Source: Octopus bimaculoides (Eukaryota). Taken from it: a DNA stretch of 63,914 bases. Under the pieces are notes generated by a model. It saw nothing but the letters and a program-made list of their open reading frames with translations. It was not told the DNA's origin and did not search any database. The stretch spans positions 71,478,214 through 71,542,127 of the forward strand of contig NC_068988.1 of the NCBI RefSeq assembly GCF_001194135.2. The letters run 5' to 3'. Below, piece after piece: positions 1 through 12,759 of the stretch; the first letter of the stretch is position 1; every line of letters starts with the position of its first letter. The translations under genes were made by a program, and so were the position numbers.

Positions 1-37
<37 letters not shown>

Positions 38-3000
38 CATACATGTGTGTGTTTGCTGTATGAGTGGGTTATGTATACATGCATGTCTTTGCATACACTT
101 GTCCATATACAGTTATGTGTGTGTGTGTATGTGTGTATAAGTATATTAACGTTTGTTTTGTGTTCAGTTATAATAAAAGCAATTTTCCATTAATCTGAAT
201 AGTTAGTCCATACTTTTGTAGATTACATATTTATTATTCTTTAAGAAGAATAGTAGTGACTTCGAAGTTTAGGCCAGCTAAGGCATCATTGGATAAACCG
301 ATGACTGCTTAGGTATTAATATTGATATTAAATTCCGTTGACTCTGCCTACTATAAAGATGCAGCAACACACATCGACACAAACTTCATCCAGTAGATCA
401 GAGGTAGATTGATGATGGATGTGACAACTTTACTGTTCGTAACAAACCGCTGCAAGAAAACTCAGACGAAAATTTGAGGAAACCATGATAAATGACAAAC
501 ATAGTTATATTTTTAATACCAAGAAAGCGCGTGCCCACGCACAAAAAGACAGGCACACACACACATACACACACTCTCTCTCTCTCTCTCACTCACACAC
601 CCCCACACGTATACATACAGACGCAAATAAATAGATGTGTACGTGCGTATAATTTACAGATATTCACTGCTAATCAAATGTAAAAGTATGGAATGCAGAT
701 AAACAAAGAAGTGGATTTAGCCGCATCATAAAGTGAACTTTAAAATTACGTTAATACTGTACGTTTATATGTTCATATGCACAACCTATACACACGTGTG
801 TGTGTGTGTGGAATATGTGCATGGATTTGTCGTGTGCATGTGATAATTTGAAATGGATTATATTCTGTTCACCACAGTCGTGAATATATGTGCTAAAGAA
901 ATAATATATTGAAGTACAATGAATCAACTAAAGAAGCATTAAATTGTACAGAAGAAAATCTATTTCCCAATTCTATACTAGAAGAGAATAAAGAAAAATG
1001 TAATTTACCGAAAAGTGGCCCGAGAGTCGTTTTGGAAAAAAATCGATAAACATAGCAGTTTCAAGTCGAATAAAGAAGCTGCTCAATGTTATTTAAAAGT
1101 AATGAGTAAATAATCAGATTTGTAATGAAATACTGCGTATAAATATAGCTTTATTTGAATTGATCGAAATTTTATTACTAAAGTGTATCATAAAACTCAT
1201 CAGATAAATATCACATTTTATCGTTTGTGCACTGTTTTGAGAAAATCTTAAGCGAAATAAAAGTAAAACTACGTCTGTTTGTGATATATATTTGATATTT
1301 TATAAAAGAAAATCACCCTATGCAATGTAAGCATATAGGAAATTGACAACAACAATTGCAAGAGAAGTGATTATATTACATGGCGATGGAAGTTGCAAAT
1401 GAAAAATAAAACTTAGGTAAATAACAATGTTCAAGTATACTACCAGAAATAAGGATTCACTGTTGTGTAAGAAATTGGTGATTGTGACCTCTTCACTTTT
1501 AAGAGGAGGGTAGAGTATTATCATAGTTACACGTCTGCTCAATCTACTAGTAATAATAGCTAAATTTCTGACAAAAAAACCGCACGTCTTAAAAACGGTA
1601 AGTTACATTGTATACTGTTGTACGAATTATACTAACGGGTGATTCAGTCAGGGCAGGAACGCGTTCGATCTTAATGCTACAAGATCGAAGCTGATAATAC
1701 TAAATGATAGCAGCAATTATGAATAAAACATCTTTCTCATATTTTCAGTTCTTCATAATAAATATTCCATAGGTTCACGTGAGTTCATGTATGTGTCGAT
1801 GTTAAATAAAGTTTCAATCAGTTAGACATCCAATGATTTTGAACTAGTTTCAATTTCTAATTGGGTTCTGTACGATAGTGTTCATGTTGAATAAATTGGT
1901 CATGTTGACATGCAGCATCGAAATCCTCACGCATCATCACAGGTAAATATTTAGATGCTGACATGTGTGCAATGTCGGTAATTACAACTATAAATAATTA
2001 AAAAGTTGCATTCTTTGTATCGGATTGTGTTCATGATAAAAAAAAAAGGTCTTTTAATAACTCTAGTGTTGATATGTGCAATTAATGTTGGCTTAATGAA
2101 AATTTTTCATGAGCAGCAGAGAATTTATGACTGACGAAAATTGAAGCTGTGCTTTTGACAGCTGAAAGCCAAAGGACAGAAGAATTTGATTTGTTCGAAG
2201 TGTACGAATAAGAAAAATAATCACACTTTCAAAATGTGTGAGTGTCCTGTTTCTCCATATATTTATCTACTGTCATTCCCAAATGTCGCATCGGGTCAAT
2301 ACTTAGCGAAGCATTAAAATGCTTCTGCTGAACGGGGATTTTGCACCAGCTCAATATCTTCTTTCCTACTGCCTAGTGATGACGACCATAATCTTGGTAC
2401 AGGGTGTAACTAAAGTGGATCATCTCAAACTGCTGTTCAACTTGCATTGCATTTTCACTTACAACGAGTGAGTATGATAACACACAATCACTTGCGTCAA
2501 ATTCAATATAGAAGGCATAAAATTCCATGCAGAATATTCAAACATGTTTTAATGCAATTATATCCTGGTTTGTTAAGCTAAATATTCAGCTTACTTTTAT
2601 GTAGATTGACATAAACAACTTATCCTGAAGGCGTTCATCTATAAAAACTGGTGTCGAAAGTGTAGAAAGTGTTAACAAATACTCATTACAGATATTACCA
2701 ACAAAAATGAAAAAGAATCGTGACATTTATCGAAAGTTGTGTACAGTTTCGTAGACTCCTTTCCTACGACCTTTCTTTTGAACTTTTGCTACCGCACTTT
2801 TGCATTTACTTATCAAATACAGAAGACGTTGTAATAAAAGTCTAATGCGCCGTGTAAAAAATATCAGGAAACCTAAATTTGACAATAGCAGACATATATA
2901 GAATTACTTGCGATACACATTATTACATACTAAGATGTGCTATCTGATGGGCTTTACGTTATAAACAAATACAAACTACAATAGGAAAGAGAAGCAAAAG

Positions 3001-3460
3001 AAATGTCTCGGAAACTAGAGATAACCGATATCTGTTTGCTAAAAGAGATATTGGTATTAGATATTTGTTCAAAATATCACGTGAACTGAGACTCCAGATG
3101 CTAGAGAGTTATGCGCCTTAAATACGTATTTATCTGTTTTATATTGCACTTTGAAGATGACAAATATCCAAGGAACTAATCGCCAGTTCAATGCATTTAT
3201 GAGAGTAAGTCTAAAAAAATAATTGTTACGTTTCTTTTTTGTCATTCTTTGTTCTCTTAGCATTCTGTCGATGTTTATATATATATATANNNNNNNNNNN
3301 NNNNNNNNNNNNNNNNNNNNNNNNNNNNNNNNNNNNNNNNNNNNNNNNNNNNNNNNNNNNNNNNNNNNNNNNNNNNNNNNNNNNNNNNNNNNNNNNNNNN
3401 NNNNNNNNNNNNNNNNNNNNNNNNNNNNNNNNNNNNNNNNNNNNNNNNNNNNNNNNNNNN

Positions 3461-3501
<41 letters not shown>

Positions 3502-3806
3502 GTTCACCCATTTGCAACAACGAAAAGTTATTACACATAAATAAATGCATACAACTTCCAGTAGTTTCCACAAAATTTCCGTCAGCTAAATTTCACTCAC
3601 AAGGCATTAGTCAACAAAGGGTTATGTAAGGAGACATTTTCCCAAGGTACAGTAGATGGTACCCAGAACTACATGGTTGTCATGCAAACTTGTTAACGAC
3701 ATAGACAAAAAGCATTTTAGAAAATATGCAATCCTCGGCTCATTTTCTCACTGTTTGAGGAGAGATTGGTGTTATTTATAACGAATTCTCTCTATATAAT
3801 AAACTG

Positions 3807-4180
3807 TGGATGGCTATGCTGTAAGAAGCTTGCTTCCCAACTACATGGCTCCGGGTTCAGTCCCACTGCGTGGCACCTTGGGTAAGCGTCTTCTACCATG
3901 GCCTCGAGCCGACCAAATACTTGTGGGTAGATTTGGTTGACAGAAACTGATGGAAGCCCGTTGTATATGTGTGTGTGTTTGTGTGTGTATGTGCGTGTGT
4001 GCGTTTCTTTAAGTCTAATCCCCCATCGTCGCTTGAGAACCGGGTTTGGTGTGTTTACGTTCCCGTAACAGCGGTTCTGGAAAAGAGATCGATTGAATAA
4101 ATACCAGTGTAAAAGAAAGTACTAGGGTCGATTCATTCGACTAAAATTCTTCAAGGCGGTACCCCAGTGTCCTCAAGTGA
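3807..4180 (+). mobile_element. tRNA-derived SINE, family A
   Basis: A/B-box-like head (tggctatgctgt...ggttcagtccc), internal GT microsatellite and tail shared with other copies in this window. Confidence 0.85.
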
Positions 4181-5369
4181 AAGAGAAATGATATGTGTGT
4201 GTGGGTGGGTGTGTGGGTGCGCGCGTGTGGGTGTCTGTGTATGTATGTGTATGTGTATACATGAGTGTATGTGTGTAAGAAAAAGAGAAAGCTTAGTTCT
4301 TGCAGATTATTATTTATTTATTGTTGTAATTCTAGATACAAAAAAGTTCTTCCACTTTGTACATGCTACCATATTTGCATTTGCTTTTGTAATGATTTCA
4401 TTTTACTACATTAAGCAAATTCATATTGCCTTAAGCATTTTGTAAATTGTTGTCTTTTTCTTGGTTTGTTTCTTTGCTTTGTTCCAGTTTATCTACTATA
4501 GCAAATTCTGGTTATTTCTCGAACATTTAAAAAGCTGCAGTTGGGTTAGAGCAAATTAGAAATTAAACATCAAATATTAGGAGTTCCAAAATGGTAATTC
4601 AAATAGATTATAGAAAAATAAACAACAAAACACTAATCTGTTCATTTGAAGCAGCACACTAAAAGGATGAAAATCAATTTTAAATAATTCAGGAGAAATA
4701 CCAGCTTTTAAATGTACTTATGCTCTTTGGCAATAGGTTACCATTAACCTGAGTTTTCCTTCAGTGGATGCGAATACCAGTGCTATTTATTGTTAATACA
4801 ATTTGATTTTTTTATAGTGGCAGTGGTCACAAATATGTATTCTGTTTTTGGTTTTATTTCACTTAGCCAGTGCAGCGTTCTTAGCACATGCATGTTTAAT
4901 ACGTATTTTTCCTCCAATATAAAAATAAATTCTTTACATGACCGTTTCACTTGAAAAAAATTCCCCACGTCTAATGCAACCGTATTATGGTGGAGAGACC
5001 GAGTGCCACAGAACCGAGAGTTGAATAAGCATAAGTCCGCTGGGTACAATAATTGTAACTAATTAAAAATTTGGGAAACAACCTAAATTATCACAATCTG
5101 TTATCATAAACTTACGAAATATTGTTTACTGTTCGTCGGTAATTATGTGGTCGGGTCACATTATCAAATTATATATCCTTCTCAGCGTACATAGCCAACG
5201 AATGTTACGCGTCTTACACTATCTAATGATTGTGTTACTTTTAAGGTCGAAATACAGCTGATATTCTTGCTTCTCGCTGATGGGACGAATTCCGTCTCCC
5301 TCTAATATTCACAGTGTTTTTAACTGACCACATCACTAAGCGATGTTACACACGCACGCACACACGCAC

Positions 5370-5406
<37 letters not shown>

Positions 5407-5720
5407 TAATAAGCATTATAACAGACAACTCTGAGTAATGGCAATCGGAGCCTTTCAGTTATATATTAAAAAAATACTCTACTTTTGTATTCATAGCTTG
5501 TACTGAGTATGACACTAATCTGCATCCAGTGGTGAAGCACCTGTTTGGGAGTTCTAGAGTAGTTGGGAGCGTGGAAATATCCCTTAATTACCATTACTGC
5601 CATGTCCCTTCTGGCCGGAAACGGTTGTACCTGTCAGAGTCCCAACTACGAGTTAAATAGATTTCCCAGGACAGAGGAGGCTCTTTTCGCTTTTGACAAA
5701 GTTGTAGGGAAGGTAACTGA

Positions 5721-6658
5721 TAGCTGTCGTTCAAATTGCATATGTTAACTTTTCCTCTATTGGAATTCTTCCTTCTTTTCTTCATCGCTGGCAAATAATA
5801 CATTCTAAGCAGAAGCAATGTGTCATAGTGTTCATGTCACTGAAGTGGTGTAGGCTGCCCCATATATGCAGATGGTTACACATTGTTTACGGAGATGTCA
5901 TTGACAACAATGTGCACAGATGAAAGACGTATAGAGAAGTGAAAACCAATAATGAAGACTGACTACAAGGCAGAACTCATGAGCTTGCTGCCCAACTAGA
6001 TTGCAGTCAGAAAGTATTACTGAAGACTTTTGGAAGGGCAAAGTTAATGCAAATTGGGTGTCTCGGCAGTCGACACCTGTTTTCAAGGAGAGAACATTGG
6101 AATAGACTCACACCTGACCAATGCCTGAGAAGGTCAAGAAATCGACAAGGCATCACATGAGGGAGGTTGTTGGAGATAATTGGGACGTCCTGGCGTCCTT
6201 CCCTTTGATATTCTAGATTCTGGAGAAATTAAGACATTAAGACATTGAAAAAGCTTACAGAAGCCATTAAAAGGAAAATTGCCGAACAAGAATTTGAAAC
6301 GACACACTATGATAGAGCGTTCCCCCCCCCCCACACACACACACACATTTGGCAAGAAATCAGGTAGTGGGAAAATGGGAATAATCAATGTCATTTGCTC
6401 ACTATGCGGCTTGGACTTTGCCATTCCACTCCACATATTCTGTCTAATGACGAAAAGACTTCGGAGACAACGATTTGATGATACAAACAAAGTGAAAGTC
6501 GCTGTAAGGAATTGGGATCAATAGTGGACTCGGAAAAGGATTCATGAGTTGGGTTCAGCGATTGCGCAAAGGCGTCACTTCTTATGGAGGCTATGTTGAG
6601 TATTATCTTTGCGTAGGAGAATATTTACTCAACCTACATATGCAATTTGAACGACCTA
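5721..6658 (+). mobile_element. Internally deleted mariner element
   Basis: TIRs gtcgttcaaattgcatatgt (5726-5745) and acatatgcaatttgaacgac (6636-6655) with flanking TA; remnants ELAAQLDCSQ, ANWVSRQ (WVPHEL-like), LRRQRFDDTNKVKVAVRNW, GGYVE. Confidence 0.8.
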
Positions 6659-7159
6659 TGCTGTCTGATAGAGAAAGCTTACTTGTGCATTAATTTCAGT
6701 AAGACTTTCGCTATATTATCGCTATGTGTGTTTGTGTGTTTGTTTGTTTGTGTGTATGTGTGTATGTGTATGTGTGTATAAAGTTATAAATAACGAGAGA
6801 GATATAGTATGATAAAATTTATTTAACCACTGGAAATTCTTATTTAATGACAATTGTTTCCGAACTTAAAACATTATAGATATTTAATTTTATTATATTT
6901 GATAATAAGAAATAAATTACTTACATGTTTGCTTTAATATAAACAATTTAATGCAGATATTAAGCTTGTTCTTCTGGTTAAAAGAAATCCATGTTAAAAA
7001 ATAATCCCTCGTCATAACATTTCAAGAATGCAAAGTTAATATTTAAAGAATAAATAAACTTAAGAAATATGGAAGACAATAATATAAAATTAACAAGACA
7101 GTTTTCTGAAGAAGAAAAAGGGAAATTTAGTAAGGATTTCGCATTTTGCCAGATGAGTG

Positions 7160-7285
7160 AACAGGAGCAACGTGAAATTAAGTGTTTTGCTCAAGAACAC
7201 AACCCGTCGCCTGGTCCAGGAATCGGAACCACAATCATACGATCATGTGTCCAACTCCCTAATCACTAAGCCACGAGCCTCCTGC
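7160..7285 (-). mobile_element. SINE family C head fragment
   Basis: gagcaacgtgaaattaagtgttttgctcaagaacacaac...cactaagccacgagcctcc. Confidence 0.75.
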
Positions 7286-7621
7286 ATATCATTAATAACC
7301 TAGAAAATAAAAGGTCGTAAAGATAGAAAAAAGAAATAACAAAATGAAACTTAGTAAAAGTTCTAACAGATAATGTTTACGAAATATAGGGATTGATATC
7401 AACAAGAGAACTTTGAACAATTTCAAATCAAATATTAGAAGTTTAAAGATATAAGTAAGGAAAGGATCTTAAACCGTATGGAAGACAATAAAAATAGAAC
7501 TAATAGAAATTAATAAGAGAAGGGAAATTCAGAAAGATATTAATTTAAAAAGTAACAACTAAATAATTTAGGTTCAAGAAAAGGAAAATCATATATTTAT
7601 ATATATATATATATAAATATG

Positions 7622-7760
7622 ATTCTCCCTTTTCTGCAGGGACTTGATAACATCAAGATACCAAATTTTGTCGATTTTCAAGAGAAATCACGACTAGTTA
7701 CATTTGCAGTCTTCTTTGAACAGTTAGCTGTCAGTTTACCTGAAGGGAATTAATTCAGTT
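7622..7760 (-). mobile_element. Mariner 5'-end fragment related to 39155-40410
   Basis: ccaaattttgtcgattttcaagagaaatc...gtcagtttacctgaagg aligns with 40229-40315. Confidence 0.5.
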
Positions 7761-8516
7761 ATTAAAAAGAAGTGAAGAAATCAATGCATGCAAAATCTCA
7801 CAGCCCTAAAATAACTTCGTCATAGTAATCCATAAACTTTTCAGCGCACACTCGTATATATATATATGTATATTAAAGCTTGTGACGAATAGTTCTGCGT
7901 TTTACCAATTTCACAAACGAAAATAATTGTATGCAAAATTCATTAAATAAAAATTGTAAATACAAAACGAAATCTATTTCATGTAATGGCAACGTTATTG
8001 TGTAAGACTATTTGACATTGTCCAATTGTCTTTTAGAAATATATAAGAAAAAATGGAACATCTATATTTTTATTTTCTTCTGGAAATATTTTGTTTGTAC
8101 GTATGCTTTTTTTTTATTGAGAATTTGTGTTATGCGACTCATCGATTTTTCAGTCACAAGAAAATTTGAAACAGTTTAACATATATTCATTTATTGCTAC
8201 AAAACCAAACCAATTTTGCGAAAGTTTGTTCAGGAGGTAGCCGTTATAATGCAGAATATTTATTTTTTGAGATACATAAGTCACAAATATCATTACAATG
8301 TTATAAAAATCCCTAAAATGTGGTAGTCCTTAATATAATTGCTTTAAAAACCAAATATATTTTGAAAAACTCGAAAGTATATAGAATTGATTACATCGAC
8401 CATAAAAGTATAAAATCATATATATATAATTGTTTACACTCACACATATACACACATAGATACACAGCTATATATATATATATATATATATAGCTGTGTA
8501 TCTATATAGAATTGAT

Positions 8517-8548
<32 letters not shown>

Positions 8549-8699
8549 CACGCTTTCGGTGCGAATATTTTTTTTTAATACGGTGCCGTATTTTACAATC
8601 CTGTAAATAATAATAATAATGGTATTTTTATATAAGCTTAAAGCTTATGGCGTTCACCGTGCAATGACTAATGGAAACAGTCATATAAACGGGCATATA

Positions 8700-8790
8700 T
8701 ACAGCAATGCCTCGATATACGAGTTAATTCGTTAATTCCCGTTAATGCGAAAACTCGTAAAGTGGGTCCTCGTAAATTGAGGTATAACTA
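8700..8790. mobile_element. Degenerate Tigger/pogo-like mini-MITE
   Basis: cagcaatgcctcgatatacgag at the left versus ctcgtaaattgaggtataacta at the right (imperfect inverted repeat), TA flanks. Confidence 0.4.
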
Positions 8791-9371
8791 TATATGCATA
8801 TATACATAGAAGGTATATAATATATATATGCATATGTAATCAAATTATTTATTTTTGTATATGGTTTATAGTTATAAAATATTGGTATAATCTATGCGCA
8901 TGTATACACGCACGCGCACATATATTTGGAAGTATATATTTACATCTACCTGTGTGTGAGTGTGGTGGTGGTGGTGGTGGCGGTATGTGTGTGTGTGTGT
9001 GTAGTCTATATTATCCAATATTATTAGATGTTATAAAGAAAAGATACAGCTGGTATACAAGTTCTATAGCCACAAAAAAAAAAACGAATATAAAAATAAC
9101 CTTACATACAACGACCTACCACACGTTTCCACAAAGATTCAAAGAATAAAGAATTGTTTAAATGATATCAAACTAAATAACAATCTCAATTGGTTGGAAG
9201 TATCAGCCGCGACGGAAAAAAAAAAGTTGAAAAACGAGGTTTGGGAATTGAAGTGTCGGAAAATAAAACTAAACTAAAGTAATGTAAAAGAGAGAAACAG
9301 AGGAGGGAGAAGATAAAACAAATGTTATGTTTGTGTCTGTATGTACGTTGGGTGTGATAATACATATATCA

Positions 9372-9594
9372 GAGAGACAGACAGGCAGACAGACAGTCAG
9401 ACAGACAGACAGACAGTCAGACAGACAGTCAGACAGTCAGACAGACAGACAGTCTGACAGACAGACAGACAGTCAGNNNNNNNNNNCAGACAGACAGTCA
9501 GACAGACAGACAGACAGTCAGACAGACAGTCAGACAGACAGTCAGACAGACAGTCAGACAGACAGTCAGACAGACAGTCAGACAGACAGTCAGA
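9372..9594 (+). repeat. (GACA/GTCA)n compound tetranucleotide satellite
   Basis: Direct reading; contains a 12-nt cagacagacagt higher-order unit. Confidence 0.95.
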
Positions 9595-9796
9595 GAGTGT
9601 GGGAGAGGGAGAGCAATGGGGGAGTATTTAACAGATGAGCTGCAGAGATTCTCAATATAGAAAACATTCATTAGATTTGAGCTTACACTCGGAAAACCAC
9701 TACTGAAACCCACCTATGAGGAATCCAGGTGAGTAGAAATGGAGACAATGATACAAATAAACAAATAAAACTGCTTGGGTCTTATATGTATATATG

Positions 9797-10115
9797 CGAA
9801 GTATAGTTCAGTAAGTTAGAGCGTCGAACCTCCCAATCATGAGATAGTGAGTTCGATACAAGTACCGTGCTGTGTGTTGTGTTCTTGAGCACAATACTAT
9901 ATTTCACGTTGCCCCAGTTCACTCAGCTTCCAAAAATGAGTTCAACATCACTGGTGTCAAGCTGTATCGGCCTTTGTCTCTCCCTTGGATAACATCAGTG
10001 GCGTGGAGTGTATGGGCGGCTGTTGGTCTCTCACAAAGAAATTTGCCCGGACTTTTGCCTTGGAGGGTAACTTTCTAGGTGCAATCCCATGGTGATTCAT
10101 GACTGAATGGGGTCT
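9797..10115 (+). mobile_element. tRNA-derived SINE, family C (CORE-like centre), tail type 1
   Basis: Head gttagagcgtcg...gagttcgata; core gtgttcttgagc...tttcacgttgccccagttcactcagc; repeated after the gap at 10187-10392. Confidence 0.8.
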
Positions 10116-11553
10116 GTACACACACATACACGTATATATATATATACATATATNNNNNNNNNNNNNNNNNNNNNNNNNNNNNNNNNCCCCAGTTCACTCA
10201 GCTTCCAAAAATGAGTTCAACATCACTGGTGTCAAGCTGTATCGGCCTTTGTCTCTCCCTTGGATAACATCAGTGGCGTGGAGTGTATGGGCGGCTGTTG
10301 GTCTCTCACAAAGAAATTTGCCCGGACTTTTGCCTTGGAGGGTAACTTTCTAGGTGCAATCCCATGGTGATTCATGACTGAATGGGGTCTGTACACACAC
10401 ATACACGTATATATATATATACGTAGTGGATATATATACACGCAAACATATAGAGTGAATGAGAGAGAGGAAGACAGTAAAAGAAAGATAGAGGTAGGAG
10501 TGGGGGATGACAGTGTAGGTAATACACTGTGTAGTCAGAGAGCACACGTCTTATTTAATTGTAATATAATTATGAAGTTAAAATCACCATCTCTGTGTAA
10601 ATACTTAATGTATATACACCGTGGAAAAGTATGATGCTGTTTTCGTATGAGACAAAATCTGCATTATACCAGTGGCATAGTCCAAATCTTATGGGAAAAC
10701 AGTTTGGCGTCAGTAGTGGGTAAATTCAAAGGCCAGTATGTGTGTGCATTTATGTGCATGTATGAGTGTGTGTGTGTGTGAGTATGCGTGCGCATATATA
10801 ACTTCAAATTGTAGACTGATTTTTTTCCATTTGTTACCTTTGTCTGTAACTCTACTCTCTATTCAAGCCTTAAGTTTCTTTTCTTCTTCTTTTTTTTTTC
10901 TTTTTTTTGTGAGATATTACATATATAGATATCATCTCTGATGTGCAGCAGGGTTTGGATTTGTTCCCACACGCTTATTTCAATACATCAATAATCTACT
11001 TTCCGTCACATCTTATGGGGCCCACATTCATGGGGATAAAATAATCCTTCACTTGTTCCTGACCCTATCTGAGTAAGCAAAATTCACACTTAAACCACAG
11101 GTCAAAATGTATTGACTCCTCTAACGGAAACCTTAAGAACATTCCTCGGCATAAACATACAAATCTTGCCTCTTTTAAGAAAAAATAATCTTCAACATTA
11201 TTCAGTCCAAGAACATACACTCACACTAAAAAACACTAAATATGAGCGACACTCAGCTAGAGGCCTTGACGGTTGTATCAAAATACTGGTCTCTTGTTAT
11301 CATAGCTAAGACTACATCCTAAAGCCTGGCCTCTCTCTTCAGGCCAAAAAATTTCAGCCACGAACTTCATTCACTAACATACAGGCTCTAACCTCTGAAA
11401 CACAAGCGCAATGTCTCCTCTTTCTGTCTTTTCTAGCGTTACTATAGAACCGATACATTCATCCCTTCCATTCTCATGATATTTGCTGCGTGCAGTGCCT
11501 CAGCTAAGTTATTCCAGTCAAGATCATCGGCTTTCTGGAATTTCGTTGTTCAC

Positions 11554-12759
11554 TAGGGTGGAGCGAAAAATGCAACTTTCAAAAGTGGTAATCAAGAATC
11601 AATATTTTGTTGCAAGTTAAGGTTAGCAGCAGGGTGTATAAAGAACTTTGCAGTTAAGTATGTTTTTTAGACTCCGCAACGCATTTGAAAATTTTACATA
11701 TCTCTATTTTTGGTCGAATTTTGGATTTCATGGATTATAAGTCGTACGGAATACATATCTCCGCATAGAAGAACGCAAAACAGTAAATATAGTATCCTTA
11801 CGAGGCTGCATACGATGTGTCAATACAATTGACTAATATCTCGGAGTTCCGCATTGAATATAAAGAGAATAAGAGCACAACTTCTCAACGGTCGTTGCGT
11901 GTGGGCGTAAGTCGTACGTATATGAAGTCTCTGCTTTGTACCTTGAGTTTAGGTCATTGTATTAAAGTGTGATGTGTTTAATGTTTGATGTGTTTGTGAT
12001 GTGACAAAAGATTTATTTCACATTTCCTGTTGCAAGCGCAACTCCTTTAAAAACTGCGGTTGTAGTAGAGACAAAAAAGTATCACAGAGAGAACAAGATC
12101 AACGAACAACTCGAAAAATGATCATTGGCGAAATAGATCAAGCAGTATCTAAACAGAGCGTTCAGAGGCTGTTTAGAAAGAATCGGCCAGATTACAGACG
12201 CCCTTCTACGTCAGCAAAAGAAAGTTTAAAATTTTCGGTTGAATTGTCTCAATCGTAACACAAAGTATGTATGCCTTTTGGCAAAGAAGAATCACCTTTT
12301 CTGCTACAACCTTGACAATTTGTTCAATTTATTTTAATGTGTGTGTAATCTAGACCCCATGTAACATGTATTCGGTGGTCCAGTATTAAAAGTGATAAAG
12401 AAAACAAAGTCGAAATATCTATTAATTTCACATAATTTCGAAATTTCAGTTACGTTGCGGATCCTAAAGATATAAATTATAGAACTTAAGATTTCCAATC
12501 TCTTGTTTTCAACGGATTTAGCAAAGGAAAATTGATTCGTAATAATGAATGCAGAAATAAAATGAGGAACGGTAAATGTGATATAAATTGATTTTTTGCT
12601 CATTAATCAAAATTTCAAGTGGGCTGTGAAACCTAAAGATGTAAATTTAAGAACTTCAGATTTTAACGCAGTTGTTTTTAACAGACTTCGCAATAGAAAG
12701 TATATTCCTAAAAACATATTTCAAAAAACTGTAAAAAGTAACTTTTTTGCTCCATTCTA
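11554..12759 (+). mobile_element. Possible DNA transposon derivative with degenerate TIRs and Tc1-like HTH remnant
   Basis: tagggtggagcgaaaaatgcaacttt at 11554 versus reverse complement of the 12759 end (tagaatggagcaaaaaagttacttt); peptide EIDQAVSKQSVQRLFRKNRPDYRRP resembles Tc1 VS.STVRR.L...G...RRP. Confidence 0.4.

Noticed and set aside
1930-2300. piggyBac-like C-terminal hints (ICSKC...MCECPV, VDMCAIN)
   Set aside because: Needs several frameshifts, no TTAA/CCC termini found; too weak to call.
9372-9594. Regularly spaced repeats as a CRISPR-like array
   Set aside because: Simple tetranucleotide satellite without unique spacers, in a eukaryotic context.
9912-10420. Exact ~240-bp direct duplication (9912-10153 and 10187-10420) and its duplicated ORF
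   Set aside because: Identical copies on both sides of a short N gap: typical unmerged contig overlap, not a biological tandem duplication.
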